Shown here piece by piece: positions 37,819-47,439 of a DNA stretch of 64,000 bases. The notes beneath the pieces were generated by a model that ran no database searches, was not told where the DNA came from, and saw only the letters and a program-made list of their open reading frames with translations. How positions within the stretch are numbered: position 1 is the stretch's first letter; every line of letters begins with the position of its first letter. The stretch comes from Ostreococcus lucimarinus. Taxonomy: Eukaryota. Location: NCBI GenBank assembly GCA_000092065.1, contig CP000584.1; one strand, written 5' to 3'. The position numbers and the translations under genes were made by a program.

Positions 37819-40665
37819 CTACAATTTTACGTCTAATCGAGGGATTCGGGTGGTGATTGCCGACGAGCGCGCGTCGTCGAGCGCGATTGGGTCGTCCGCG
37901 ATGCGCTCGAGCGCTGTTAAGGCGCGAGCTTTGCAATCAGCGGCGGCGGCGACGGCGAAGGAAGCCGCGGCGCGAACGTCGACGTCGCAGTCGGCGCGAT
38001 GGCGCCGCGCGGCGATGGCGGTGAAATGCTCTAAAGCGGTGGACAGAGGGGAGTTTTCGGCGTATGCGATGGCGACGGGGGTGTCTCGGAGAGAAGTGGC
38101 GACGAGGGCACCGGCGACGAGGGCGGAACGGCGGAGATGGGGTTGGTCGGAGTCTGCCAACGCGGGAGTGACGGCGAATTCAAGCACCGCGCGGCCGATC
38201 AACGGTCCATCGGTCGCGTTCTTGGCGTGCTTGGCGCACTGACCGAGTGTGTAGAGAATATGTCCGTTCACCATGGCGTCCAGGCCATCGGGGTTGTATT
38301 CTGGCGCGGACTGACGCTCGAGCCTTTGCGCCGCCGCGCGCAAGAGCGGCGCGACGAAGCACTCGCCTATGAGATGACTTCGCGTCGGCGCCGATGTCGC
38401 ACCTTTCGCTTGCATCTCCATGGATTTCGGCGCAAACCTTCGCTCGATACCCACGCGAGCAGTCGAACGAGTCGACGCCGAAGCATCGAGCAGGTGCTCG
38501 GCTTTTGACGGCGACGCGAGCTCCGTCATCGCCATGTCCAACGCGCTCAGCGTGTCCATAACTTGGGACGCGTCGCATTTCTCCGACAACGCGTGGTCGA
38601 TAATTGTTGGGCCTGCGAGACCAGGGGTCACCGTGAGCACCGAAGCTAAGCCTTGGCGCCGCGCGCGGTCGAGTGGGTCGGAGTCCGGCGTGGGCGGTTG
38701 CGCGTGCAAAATGGTGACAGCGAGATCCGCGGCGCACGACGCCAATTCGTGCGGCTGGCGCATGACGATATCGGAAACTGCGTGCACCGCACCTTCAGCT
38801 GCGTCCGCAATATCGATATCGGTCTGCCGAGTCGACGCATCGCCCGAACGCGCCTGCCTCAAGGCGCCGATGCACTCTCGTAAAGTTTGCGGCTTCGGCA
38901 GCGACGCGATTCGCGCTTCAGTCAAACTCGCTGGATCACGAGAACGAAGCGTCGCGTCGTCATCACTATCCATATCATACGGTACGAGCTCGTCATCGGA
39001 ATAGTCATCGCTATCGGAGGCATCCGAGTCGCTCTCGTCGCGGCGAAGGCTCCACATATCGACAACTTCGTCCGGGTCTTCGACTTTAATCTGAAACCCA
39101 GACGAACCGGTTAGATTGACGTTGGCGGCGATGGATTCTTTTTCATCGTCGCCGCCGCCGCCGCCGTCGTCATCATTGCAGACGACGAAGACGTCGTCTT
39201 GAACGATCGACTCTATGGTCTGTTCCCATTCCGATTCCTCGTCCGATGACGCGTCGACGTCGTCGCCGTCATCGACGAGTCGCAAAGGCTTGCTCGCGTC
39301 CATCTTCAGCGAAAGTTCCAAGGCGACTTTGCTCGCGTGTCTGCGCGGACGCAATGATGGCGAATCGAGACGCGCGCTCACGCCTTTCAATAACATTTGC
39401 GTCGGCTTTCCTCGCATAGCGTCCCACTCTTCGCTCGGCAACGCCGCAAGAATTGCTCGAACGCTCGACGTGAGCGTCCGTTGTAGCTCGACGGACGCCT
39501 CACGCACGAAACCTTCCCCGGACCAAGTATCCAAGAGTGCGAATATATTCGCATCGCTCGCCGCTTTGACGCGCGTGGCGTCGGCGCCTCGACGAATGGG
39601 TCGCAGAATCGTCAACCGTAAGAGCGCCGGCAGCGCGGCGCGCGGCGCGCTCTTTCGCAATAGCAACGTTTCGCACAGCGCGAATCGCGTGGCTTCGCAC
39701 GCCCAATACCTATCGCGTAGCAACACGCGCAAAACTAAATCTAGAGTTCGCCAGCTGCAGTTCACGCTCGACTCGTGACCGTCGCATTCGGCGAAGAGTT
39801 CTGAAATCCATCGACACGCGGCGTGCGCGTCGCTAACCTCATTCATCATGGTCGTCGCCCAGGCCAACGACGCCGGCACTTCATCGCCCTCGACGATCGC
39901 GCGTATCGCATCCACACCGAGCTCGCGCACGCGCGGCGCGAGCTCGCGCAGCGTGGCTCGGGCCACCGCGCGCGCGGCGCCGCGGCGACACATTCTACTC
40001 GCCGTCGCCGCCGCGCTCGCCGGCGCGTCCTCGCCGGCGTTCAACACCTGCCGAGCCAACTCCGCCTCGTACGCCTCTACACTGCGAAACACTGGTATAT
40101 CAAACCGCCGATCGAGCCGATCGAACGCTCGCAGCGCGACGTCCAGCGTCTCTTTCGCCGCGCGCGCGTCCGCCGTCGTCCCCGCCGCCATCCGCGTCAA
40201 CCTTCCCACGACCCCTCGTCGCACGAGCTCGACGTAATACGTCACCGCGCTCCGCACGATCGCGTCATCATCGCTTCCCGCGCGCGTCGCGCCCCGCGTC
40301 GTCGCCATCGCGTCGACGCACGCGCGCGCCGCGCCCGCGCCCGCGCGTTCGTCCTCATCCGCCTCCTCCCACGAGAACCACGCGTCGACGCACGCGCGCC
40401 GATCGTCCTCGCGCATGCTCTCGTACCACAATCCGCGTCCGCATCGCAGCGCGCACGCGCACGCGTCCTCGTGCGCGCGAACGTCCGCGTCGACGACGTC
40501 CTCGTCGACGACGTTTTCGTCTTCGTTCGCGCGTTCCGACCGCTCGCGCGCGCGCGCGCGCGCGAACGCCCGTCGCAGCGCCCGCGACGCGTCGACGAAC
40601 GCGTCTCGCGCGCGCGCTTCGACGCACGCGTCGAGCGCGCGCTCGAGCGCGCCCGAGCGCGCCAT
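37819..40665 (-). CDS. Large helical-repeat (ARM/HEAT-like) protein with an internal acidic DSDDE cluster; possibly TELO2 (Tel2)-like. The start is uncertain.
   Basis: Track ORF 37819..41289 (1156 aa). The part above about 40665 is antisense to the RRM gene and its KKAKK repeat (read as FFSFFAFF). The body has an alpha-solenoid-like composition. The acidic linker DESDSDASDSDDYSDDELVPYDMDSDDD resembles the CK2-phosphorylated DpSDD(D/E) patch of Tel2. The C-terminal roughly 380 aa is conserved-looking (..LGQCAKHAKNATDGPLIGRAVLEF...). Family assignment is low confidence. Confidence 0.5.
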   Translation of the reverse strand: MARSGALERALDACVEARARDAFVDASRALRRAFARARARERSERANEDENVVDEDVVDADVRAHEDACACALRCGRGLWYESMREDDRRACVDAWFSWEEADEDERAGAGAARACVDAMATTRGATRAGSDDDAIVRSAVTYYVELVRRGVVGRLTRMAAGTTADARAAKETLDVALRAFDRLDRRFDIPVFRSVEAYEAELARQVLNAGEDAPASAAATASRMCRRGAARAVARATLRELAPRVRELGVDAIRAIVEGDEVPASLAWATTMMNEVSDAHAACRWISELFAECDGHESSVNCSWRTLDLVLRVLLRDRYWACEATRFALCETLLLRKSAPRAALPALLRLTILRPIRRGADATRVKAASDANIFALLDTWSGEGFVREASVELQRTLTSSVRAILAALPSEEWDAMRGKPTQMLLKGVSARLDSPSLRPRRHASKVALELSLKMDASKPLRLVDDGDDVDASSDEESEWEQTIESIVQDDVFVVCNDDDGGGGGDDEKESIAANVNLTGSSGFQIKVEDPDEVVDMWSLRRDESDSDASDSDDYSDDELVPYDMDSDDDATLRSRDPASLTEARIASLPKPQTLRECIGALRQARSGDASTRQTDIDIADAAEGAVHAVSDIVMRQPHELASCAADLAVTILHAQPPTPDSDPLDRARRQGLASVLTVTPGLAGPTIIDHALSEKCDASQVMDTLSALDMAMTELASPSKAEHLLDASASTRSTARVGIERRFAPKSMEMQAKGATSAPTRSHLIGECFVAPLLRAAAQRLERQSAPEYNPDGLDAMVNGHILYTLGQCAKHAKNATDGPLIGRAVLEFAVTPALADSDQPHLRRSALVAGALVATSLRDTPVAIAYAENSPLSTALEHFTAIAARRHRADCDVDVRAAASFAVAAAADCKARALTALERIADDPIALDDARSSAITTRIPRLDVKL

Positions 40666-40707
40666 GAAGTGTCGCGAAGTTCGTTCGGCGTCGCGACAAC
40701 GCGACGC

Positions 40708-41563
40708 CATGGCGAGCGACGACGCGAAGGCGGCGAAGAAGGCGAAGAAGGCGAAGAAGGAGAAGAAGGAAAAGAAATCCAAGCGCGCGCGCGAGGACGA
40801 GGAGGCGCGCGCGACGGAGCGCGGTGAGGAGAAGAAACGCTCGAAACGCGACGCCGGCGGCGGCGGTGCGAACGAGGAAAAACCGACGACGACGGACGAC
40901 GAGGCGACGGAACAGCGCGACGGGAAGAGCGATGCGGCGAAGAAAGACGCGCCGGCGCCGGGGACGTTTCCGACGTCGTCCACGCACGTGTACATGGGGA
41001 ACCTGGCGTGGACCATCGACGAGGCGGCGCTCGGCGAGGCGTTCGCCGACTGCGGAGAAATCGTGAGCGTGAATTGGTTCGAAGAGAAAGCCACGGGGAA
41101 GTTTTTAGGGGCTGGAGTGGTTGAGTTTAAAACCGCGGAGGCGGCGGCGGCGGCGGTGGCGGCGACGGGGCGGTTGGTGCATAAACGCGAGACGCCGGTG
41201 CGATTTTGGGAAAAGCGCGGCAACACGGCGGAGGAGCGAGCGGCGGCCAAGGCGGCGGGCGGGGGCGGGCGCGCGGAGATCAAGCCCATGGGGGAGAAGC
41301 CTGAGGGATGTTACACGCTGTTCATGGGGAATTTGAACTTTCAGATCGACGACGATACGATTTATAAATTCTTCATGGACGGCGCGGGCGTCGGTCCGCA
41401 CACCATTCGTTGGCTCACGAACAAAGAGACCGGGGAATTCCGCGGCGTGGGATTCGCAGATTTCTCGGGCGCCGAGATCGACGCGGCGGCGAAGTTACAC
41501 GGGGAGAAGTGCATGGGTCGGCCGATTCGTCTCGATTGGCAGGCGCCGAGCAATCGCGGTTGA
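40708..41563 (+). CDS. Nucleolin/Nsr1-like RNA-binding protein: lysine/acidic N-terminus plus two RRM domains
   Basis: ATG inside the palindromic Kozak CGCCATGGCG at 40708. MASDDAKAAKKAKKAKKEKKEKKSKRAREDEE..., RRM1 VYMGNLAWTIDEAALGEAF...VEFKTAEAA, RRM2 TLFMGNLNFQIDDDTIYKFF...RGVGFADFSGAEIDAAAKLHGEKCMGRPIRLDW. Confidence 0.8.
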
Positions 41564-41604
41564 GTAATAAAATCTACGCGTCTCTTACAAAGACTTCTAT
41601 AAAA

Positions 41605-42696
41605 CTAACTAGCGCGCGACTCGCCGCCCTGCGCGTAGGCGCGGTCGTGCGGACAACTCGGGATGGGCAGGGGCAGGAAAGGGAACGGCGCAACCGAGGT
41701 TTCACTCAGCGCCGGTCCCAAGGCGCGCGATCTGAACTGCTTCAATCTCTCTCGTTCGGGCGACCAATCGTACGCCGCCGCGAACGGCACGCAGTGCCAC
41801 GGGAAATTGGCGCTGGCTTGCCTCAAAGACTCGTACGCGTCCACGGTGTGATCGCGAGGCACTCGGTGCAAACACGCTAGAGCTTGAAACGCGGGCAAGT
41901 ACAGCAGAGAGCCGAAGAACATGCGCCGAGCGGCTGGAAACGACGGCGCCGCGTAAAACGCCGCCGCCGCGGCGACGAGCGGCGCGCCGAGCGCGAGCGT
42001 CTCGTACGCGAACGGCGACGTCGTCACCCCCATCGCGCACGCTAACACGCCGAGTGGGAGCAGTGCCAACGAGTTTCTCACCGCCACGCCCGCGACGCGA
42101 CGTCCCGTTTTGTCAAACATTGGATGCGACAACATGCGATACCCCCCGTTGACGTAGTCGTCCTTCCCCATGTACGCCAACGCCATAAAATGCGGCATCT
42201 GCCACAAATACAGCGCCGACGCCAACACGAACGCCCCTGGATCCAACGTCCCGAGCTCGTTCGCGGCCGCCCAACCCATGAGCGGGGGAATCGCCCCCAC
42301 GACCGCCCCCACCCACGTGTTCAGAAAGTGCACCCGCTTGAGCGCCGTGTACGCCCCCGCGTACAGCGCGATGTTCCCCGCCCCCAGCGCCGTCGTCGTC
42401 TCGTTCGTCGCGATCGCTAAAACACCCACCCCACTCACCGCGCACGCGCCCGCGAACGCCATCGCGACCCCGGCGCCGCACCTTCCGCTCGGCAACGGCC
42501 GACCCGCCGTGCGTCGCATCGTCCCGTCCGGCGCCCGCTCCACCACCTGATTCAGCGCGTTCGCGCTCGCGCTGCACAGCATCGTCCCCGCGCACGTCGC
42601 CGCTAATTTTCCCGCGTCCATGCTCGTCGGCGAGCCGAGCACGAACCCCGCCGCCGCCGTGCTCACGACGAACGCGCTCAGGCGAAACTTGCTCAA
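41605..42696 (-). CDS. COX10: Protoheme IX farnesyltransferase (heme O synthase, COX10). The N-terminal presequence is not resolved.
   Basis: KFRLSAFVVSTAAAGFVLGS (TM1), NALNQVVERAPDGTMRRTAGRPLPSG, GAIPPLMGWAAA, LYLWQMPHFMALAYMGKDDY. The track's first codon is TTG. The first in-frame ATG lies within TM1, so an upstream exon or a non-AUG start is likely. Confidence 0.85.
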   Translation of the reverse strand: MSKFRLSAFVVSTAAAGFVLGSPTSMDAGKLAATCAGTMLCSASANALNQVVERAPDGTMRRTAGRPLPSGRCGAGVAMAFAGACAVSGVGVLAIATNETTTALGAGNIALYAGAYTALKRVHFLNTWVGAVVGAIPPLMGWAAANELGTLDPGAFVLASALYLWQMPHFMALAYMGKDDYVNGGYRMLSHPMFDKTGRRVAGVAVRNSLALLPLGVLACAMGVTTSPFAYETLALGAPLVAAAAAFYAAPSFPAARRMFFGSLLYLPAFQALACLHRVPRDHTVDAYESLRQASANFPWHCVPFAAAYDWSPERERLKQFRSRALGPALSETSVAPFPFLPLPIPSCPHDRAYAQGGESRAS

Positions 42697-42774
42697 ATCG
42701 CGCGCCGTCTCCAGCAGCGCGCGCGCCGTGCGCGGCGTCGTCCACGTCGGCGCGAGCGTCGACGCGCGCGTCGA

Positions 42775-42809
<35 letters not shown>

Positions 42810-42884
42810 CGCTCGACGCGAACGCGCGCGGCGCGTCGAGCGCGCGCCGCGCCGAGCGCGAGCGCGCGCGCGCGCGCGGCGCGC

Positions 42885-44438
42885 ATGACGACGCGACGAC
42901 GAGTGCGACACTCGGCGACGCGCGCGCGACTCGACATGGCGCTCGCGGCGCGCGCGACGACGACGCGCGGCGACGCGGGACGCGCGGTGACGCGACGACG
43001 ACGCGCGTCCATCGCGCGCGCGCGCGAGACGACGCGCGCGAGCGACGCGCGCGACGGCGGCGCGACGGCGGGGACGATGCCGACGGGGACGAAGGTGGCG
43101 CTCGACGACGCGCGCGCGGCGTGCGTCGCGCTCGCGCTCGAGGAGGCGGACGCGGTCGGGAAGATCACGCTCACGGGACCGGGGCGAGGGACGGCGGCGG
43201 AGGCGCATCGAAGGGTGGAGTTTCGATGGGTGACGATTCGGGGGCGGACGGCGCTGCAGCGGACGCGGTACGACGAACGACAGGCGTTCACGAGTAATCA
43301 CGCGATCGAGGGCGAAGGAGGGCTCGTTTCGAAGAGCGCGAGCGGGGATGAGGACGCGATCGGGGCGAGGGAGGCGCTGGAGGAGGCGCTGAGGGCGGGA
43401 TATAAACATTGGCGCGTCGAACACGCGCGCGGCGGTTACAACGTGACGGCGAACGCGAAGAAGGCTCGGGCGACGATTTCTAGGGACAACGCGAGTAAGG
43501 GGACGCTGATAGACGGTAGTGCGAGAACGCAGACGATCGTCGTCGGCCCACAAGGGCACGACCGCGAGAAGTCGAGGTTACTGACGGGGGAGGACCCGTT
43601 TTTGCGATACGTCGGCGTCGTCGCCAAGGATGGAACCATCAAGGCGAGCAAGCGGGACAAGTACAAGCAAGTGGAGGAGTTTCTGAAGATTTTGAACGTT
43701 GCTTACGACACCGCGACGTCGGCGGGACACATGAAGGGCGGCGATGAGACTCGCCCGCTTCGTGTGTGCGATTTAGGATGCGGGAACGCGTATCTCACGT
43801 TTGGGGCGTACTCGCTCTTGAGCTCGAAGAGACGCGTGCCTACAAACGTAGTGGGCGTCGACGTGAAGCGCCAAGCGCGCGAACATAACTCGCGGGTGGC
43901 CAAAGAGCTAGGTTGGGATGCGTCGATGAGATTCATTGAAGGCACGATCGCCGACGCCGACGTGACTTTCGTAGACGGTTCAGAGGAGGACGCGTTCACC
44001 GACGTAGTGCTCGCTTTGCACGCGTGCGACACGGCGACGGATGAGTCCATCGTTCGAACGGTGCGTTGGTGCGCTCCACTGGCGCTCATCGCGCCGTGCT
44101 GTCATCACGATCTCCAAGTGCGTTTGAAAAGCGCACCTCATGTTGCTTTCCCGCCGATGGCGAGGCACGGCATCCTCAGCGAACGTCTCGGTGACGTTCT
44201 CACGGACGCATTCAGAGCTCACATTTTGCGACTGCTGGGATATCGCGTCGACGTCATGGAATTCGTAGGAGGGGAGCACACGCCTCGAAATACTCTCATT
44301 CGAGCGATCCGCACGAACGCGTCGGCGTCGAAGGCGGCGTGGGAAGAGTATGATCACATGTGTTCAACGTGGGGCGTCACGCCTTTTCTCGCGGACGCCC
44401 TCGCCGAGGAGTTGGCGGTGGCGCGTCGCGCGATCTGA
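42885..44438 (+). CDS. SAM-dependent methyltransferase, Methyltransf_32 (METTL25/RRNAD1-like) family
   Basis: VCDLGCGNAYLTFGAYSL (motif I), DVVLALHACDTATDESI (the family-typical ALHACGD-like block), CCHHDL. The Arg/Thr-rich N-terminus may be a presequence or a leader. Alternative start MPTGTK at 43077. Confidence 0.7.
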   Translation: MTTRRRVRHSATRARLDMALAARATTTRGDAGRAVTRRRRASIARARETTRASDARDGGATAGTMPTGTKVALDDARAACVALALEEADAVGKITLTGPGRGTAAEAHRRVEFRWVTIRGRTALQRTRYDERQAFTSNHAIEGEGGLVSKSASGDEDAIGAREALEEALRAGYKHWRVEHARGGYNVTANAKKARATISRDNASKGTLIDGSARTQTIVVGPQGHDREKSRLLTGEDPFLRYVGVVAKDGTIKASKRDKYKQVEEFLKILNVAYDTATSAGHMKGGDETRPLRVCDLGCGNAYLTFGAYSLLSSKRRVPTNVVGVDVKRQAREHNSRVAKELGWDASMRFIEGTIADADVTFVDGSEEDAFTDVVLALHACDTATDESIVRTVRWCAPLALIAPCCHHDLQVRLKSAPHVAFPPMARHGILSERLGDVLTDAFRAHILRLLGYRVDVMEFVGGEHTPRNTLIRAIRTNASASKAAWEEYDHMCSTWGVTPFLADALAEELAVARRAI

Positions 44439-44479
44439 GTGTAAATCTTGTTGTAAATTTACCTTCGCTAGATTAGTAC

Positions 44480-46231
44480 CTACACCCGCTCGCCGAGAAC
44501 CGTGCCGGATACGGTCCTCCGAAATCTTCGTTGATCGCCCGTGATCGACGCTTGCCCGAACGCGCGAGGCGTCGTCTCGCCATCCATGTTCCAAGAACGC
44601 GGCGAGATGTGATCTGTGTCCGACTCGTTCGCGCCTCTAAACGCACCTAATCCCTGCTCGAAGGTAGCCTTGGACTTGGCGATGTCTTGGATGCTCTGCA
44701 TCAAGTTCGCACCGAATTGCATGTTGTCCTTACCGCGTTCGCGCTTGTTGAAGCTCACAATGAACCATATGAAAATCACGCTGATGACGACGTTGATGAC
44801 GACAACGAAACCTAGACCGGCGACGGTGCCGAAGTGACCGATGACGTACACGCACAACGCGGCATCTCCGCCCAGGAGCGCAATTGTAAGAAGCAGACGG
44901 ACGGTGTTGAAGAGGAAAATACGTATGACGAGTTCCTTTACGAAGTCGACTATGCCGCTCCAGTTTGATTCCTGTACCGCCTGTCCCATCTCCGCATCAT
45001 CCGTCTCGTGTCTCGCCGCCTCGACCTCGGATACAATTTTTGCGTGTTCCCATTCCTCGTCCGTCATTCCGGGCTCGCGCTTTAGCTCGTGAGTGTCCGT
45101 AGCCCCTAGAGGGCCGACTCCGAGCACGTGCGCGATGCCTTCGGGAATCATGCTCGCCCAGTTTGACGACCCTGACGCTCGATGTAATCCGCCCGACGTT
45201 TTGACGTCGTGCTCGCCACTATGACTGCGCGAATGATCAGGTGCATGACGCGTCGATTGTTGCGGACTCGCCACGGTTTCTAAAACTTTCGACAAAATTG
45301 CGGCGGACGCCGGCGAGCCGCCGCTGCCGCGAGAGTCTCGCTGACCCCCGCTGCTGGCGCCCGTCAAGTACTCCAAACCAGCCTGAACGATCGGTGCGTC
45401 TAAAAAGCCATGTGCCGAACCTTGCGACAATCGTCGCTCGCTCGCCGATCCCAAGCTCCGTCGACGTTGCGTCTCGCCCCCGCTCGCCCGCCTTCGTCTG
45501 TCCAAATCCGGGCTCTCCAGGCTCGCCCGCGTCATCTTATCGAACATCTTCCGCATCAGCGTCTTGAATTCTTCCAGCGTAAACATTCCGAGATCATCAT
45601 CCGCGTTCGACGCGTCGACCGCGTCTTTGACGCACCGCGTCCACATGTTTGAAGCCCAACCTAAATCCACGCGGTCGCCGCGTTCCTCGAGCAACGCGCC
45701 GACGACGCTCACGCAATCACCCGCGAATTCCATCGCTTGCTCCGACGTGATCCCTCGCACCCCTCGCGCGTCCATCGCTCGAAACACGAGCTCGACCTTC
45801 GTCTCGAAACTCCCCTTACACAGCACTCCCAACAAAATCAACAATCGCGTCGTCTTCGCCGCGCGTCCCTGGTCGTCGCTCCCCTCGTCGTCCACCATCA
45901 CCGACTCCAGCGCCGTCTCCCGCACGCACTCGCTCATCACCAATCCAAACCGTCCCAGCGCGTCTCCGAACGCGCCCACCGGCGTCGTCGCCGCCATTCT
46001 CGCGTCGCGCGCGCGTCCCGCGAAGCCTTGAATTTCCTCCACGAGCTCCTCGATCGGCGTTTTCGCCCACGCCGACGCCGCGTGGATCTCGCCGAGCGCG
46101 CCCAGGACGAGCAGGTGGTCCATCGCGTTCGCCGACATCGCCCTCGCGTCGCCTCGCGCGCGCGACTGCCGCGTCGACGCGTCGCTCGCGACGATGTCGA
46201 GGCGTCGGCGGCGGTCGGTAACATCAATCAC
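44480..46231 (-). CDS. Hypothetical multi-pass membrane protein with an EF-hand-like N-terminal region; likely start Met at about 46139
   Basis: 583-aa ORF. N-terminal soluble region (LVFRAMDARGVRGITSEQAMEFAGD...). C-terminal TM helices (IFLFNTVRLLLTIALLGGDAALCVYVIGHFGTVAGLGFVVVINVVISVIFIWFIV). I recognise no family. Confidence 0.5.
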   Translation of the reverse strand: MIDVTDRRRRLDIVASDASTRQSRARGDARAMSANAMDHLLVLGALGEIHAASAWAKTPIEELVEEIQGFAGRARDARMAATTPVGAFGDALGRFGLVMSECVRETALESVMVDDEGSDDQGRAAKTTRLLILLGVLCKGSFETKVELVFRAMDARGVRGITSEQAMEFAGDCVSVVGALLEERGDRVDLGWASNMWTRCVKDAVDASNADDDLGMFTLEEFKTLMRKMFDKMTRASLESPDLDRRRRASGGETQRRRSLGSASERRLSQGSAHGFLDAPIVQAGLEYLTGASSGGQRDSRGSGGSPASAAILSKVLETVASPQQSTRHAPDHSRSHSGEHDVKTSGGLHRASGSSNWASMIPEGIAHVLGVGPLGATDTHELKREPGMTDEEWEHAKIVSEVEAARHETDDAEMGQAVQESNWSGIVDFVKELVIRIFLFNTVRLLLTIALLGGDAALCVYVIGHFGTVAGLGFVVVINVVISVIFIWFIVSFNKRERGKDNMQFGANLMQSIQDIAKSKATFEQGLGAFRGANESDTDHISPRSWNMDGETTPRAFGQASITGDQRRFRRTVSGTVLGERV

Positions 46232-46330
46232 ACACGGACCAACACGCGGCGTTTCAAATTTTCAAACCGCCGCGCCCGCGACGGCGCGCGGCGCGGCACG
46301 GCGCGACGCGGCGCGGCGACGGCGACGGCG

Positions 46331-47395
46331 ATGTCGAGCAAAAATAAACCGTGCTACAAGTGCGGACAGGGCGGACACTGGGCGAAGGACTGCACGGTGC
46401 CGCGCGAGCGATGGATTTCAAAAGAGGCGAGCGACGCGCTGAAAACGCGCGAGGACGGCGCGACGACGACGACGACGGACGACGTCGAGGGCGGCGCGCG
46501 CGGCGAGGGCTCGGGCGATGATCGCGGCGCGCGCGCGGAGAAGCGGAAGTCGAGCGCCGGGACGACGCGGCGACCGAAGTTTAGCGTGCACGATCACTTG
46601 CTCGGGCCGAACGGGCTCGGGGCGATGTACAGAGAGTTCCCGGAGAAGTTTGCCGCGCGGTCGAAGGGCGAGGGACACGAGGAACACGATATGAATTTGT
46701 TGGCGACGATGTACAAGGAGTGGGCGGTGAAGATGTACCCGTACGCGCCGGCGGAGGAGACGCTGGCGAGGGTGGACAAGTTGCAAAGCGACAAGAGCGT
46801 GAAGATGGCGGTGCGGGAGTTTAACGAATTAGATTTCGGCGGCGGTGTCGGCGAGGCCGTGGATGCGATGGAGCGCGGGGAAAACGCGGGTGAAGGCGGC
46901 GAAGACATCGATTTCCCGGACGACGACGACGACGAGGCGCCGGCGACGGCGACGGTCGCCGACGACGTCGATTTCCCAGACGACGACGTCGATTTCCCGG
47001 ACGACGATGGATTTGAGGAGCAAGATTACGTGTTTGACGACGATGAAGACGAGGACGCCGCGCGCGCGATGCAGGAGGCGGAGGCGAGCGGCGACGACGA
47101 TGATGATGAAGAAGAAGACGAAGCCGTGCAAGGTAAGCGCGGCAAAAAGATCAAGGGCGCGACGGATTCGACGAAGAATGCGTTCGAAAAGCTGGCGAAG
47201 AAATTAGGAAAAGACGTTCCGGTCGCGAACGGCGAAGAGCTGAACCCGAACTCGATGCTCTCGCCTCAACGGAAAATATTGCGCGTACGACCGAAGATTT
47301 TGGACGCATCGAGCGACGAAGAAAACGAACCGCCGAGTGAGCCCGCGCGACGACGACGCGCCGTGCACGGTATGGACGATGATGAGGATGAGTAA
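46331..47395 (+). CDS. TIPIN: TIPIN/Swi3/Csm3-family replication-fork protection protein with an N-terminal CCHC zinc knuckle and an acidic DVDFPDDD-repeat tail
   Basis: ATG 46331: MSSKNKPCYKCGQGGHWAKDC (zinc knuckle). Swi3 domain: RRPKFSVHDHLLGPNGLGAMYREFPEKFAARSKGEGHEEHDMNLLATMYKEWAVKMYPYAPAEETLARVDKL, matching the K.KFKGKGHE..DL..L...Y..WAH.LFPK pattern. The track ORF opens at 45737 with a non-coding Arg/Gln-rich leader. Confidence 0.75.
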   Translation: MSSKNKPCYKCGQGGHWAKDCTVPRERWISKEASDALKTREDGATTTTTDDVEGGARGEGSGDDRGARAEKRKSSAGTTRRPKFSVHDHLLGPNGLGAMYREFPEKFAARSKGEGHEEHDMNLLATMYKEWAVKMYPYAPAEETLARVDKLQSDKSVKMAVREFNELDFGGGVGEAVDAMERGENAGEGGEDIDFPDDDDDEAPATATVADDVDFPDDDVDFPDDDGFEEQDYVFDDDEDEDAARAMQEAEASGDDDDDEEEDEAVQGKRGKKIKGATDSTKNAFEKLAKKLGKDVPVANGEELNPNSMLSPQRKILRVRPKILDASSDEENEPPSEPARRRRAVHGMDDDEDE

Positions 47396-47439
47396 TTGTA
47401 AAAGCGCGCTTCTTTCAATATTTCAACTTACATACGCGA

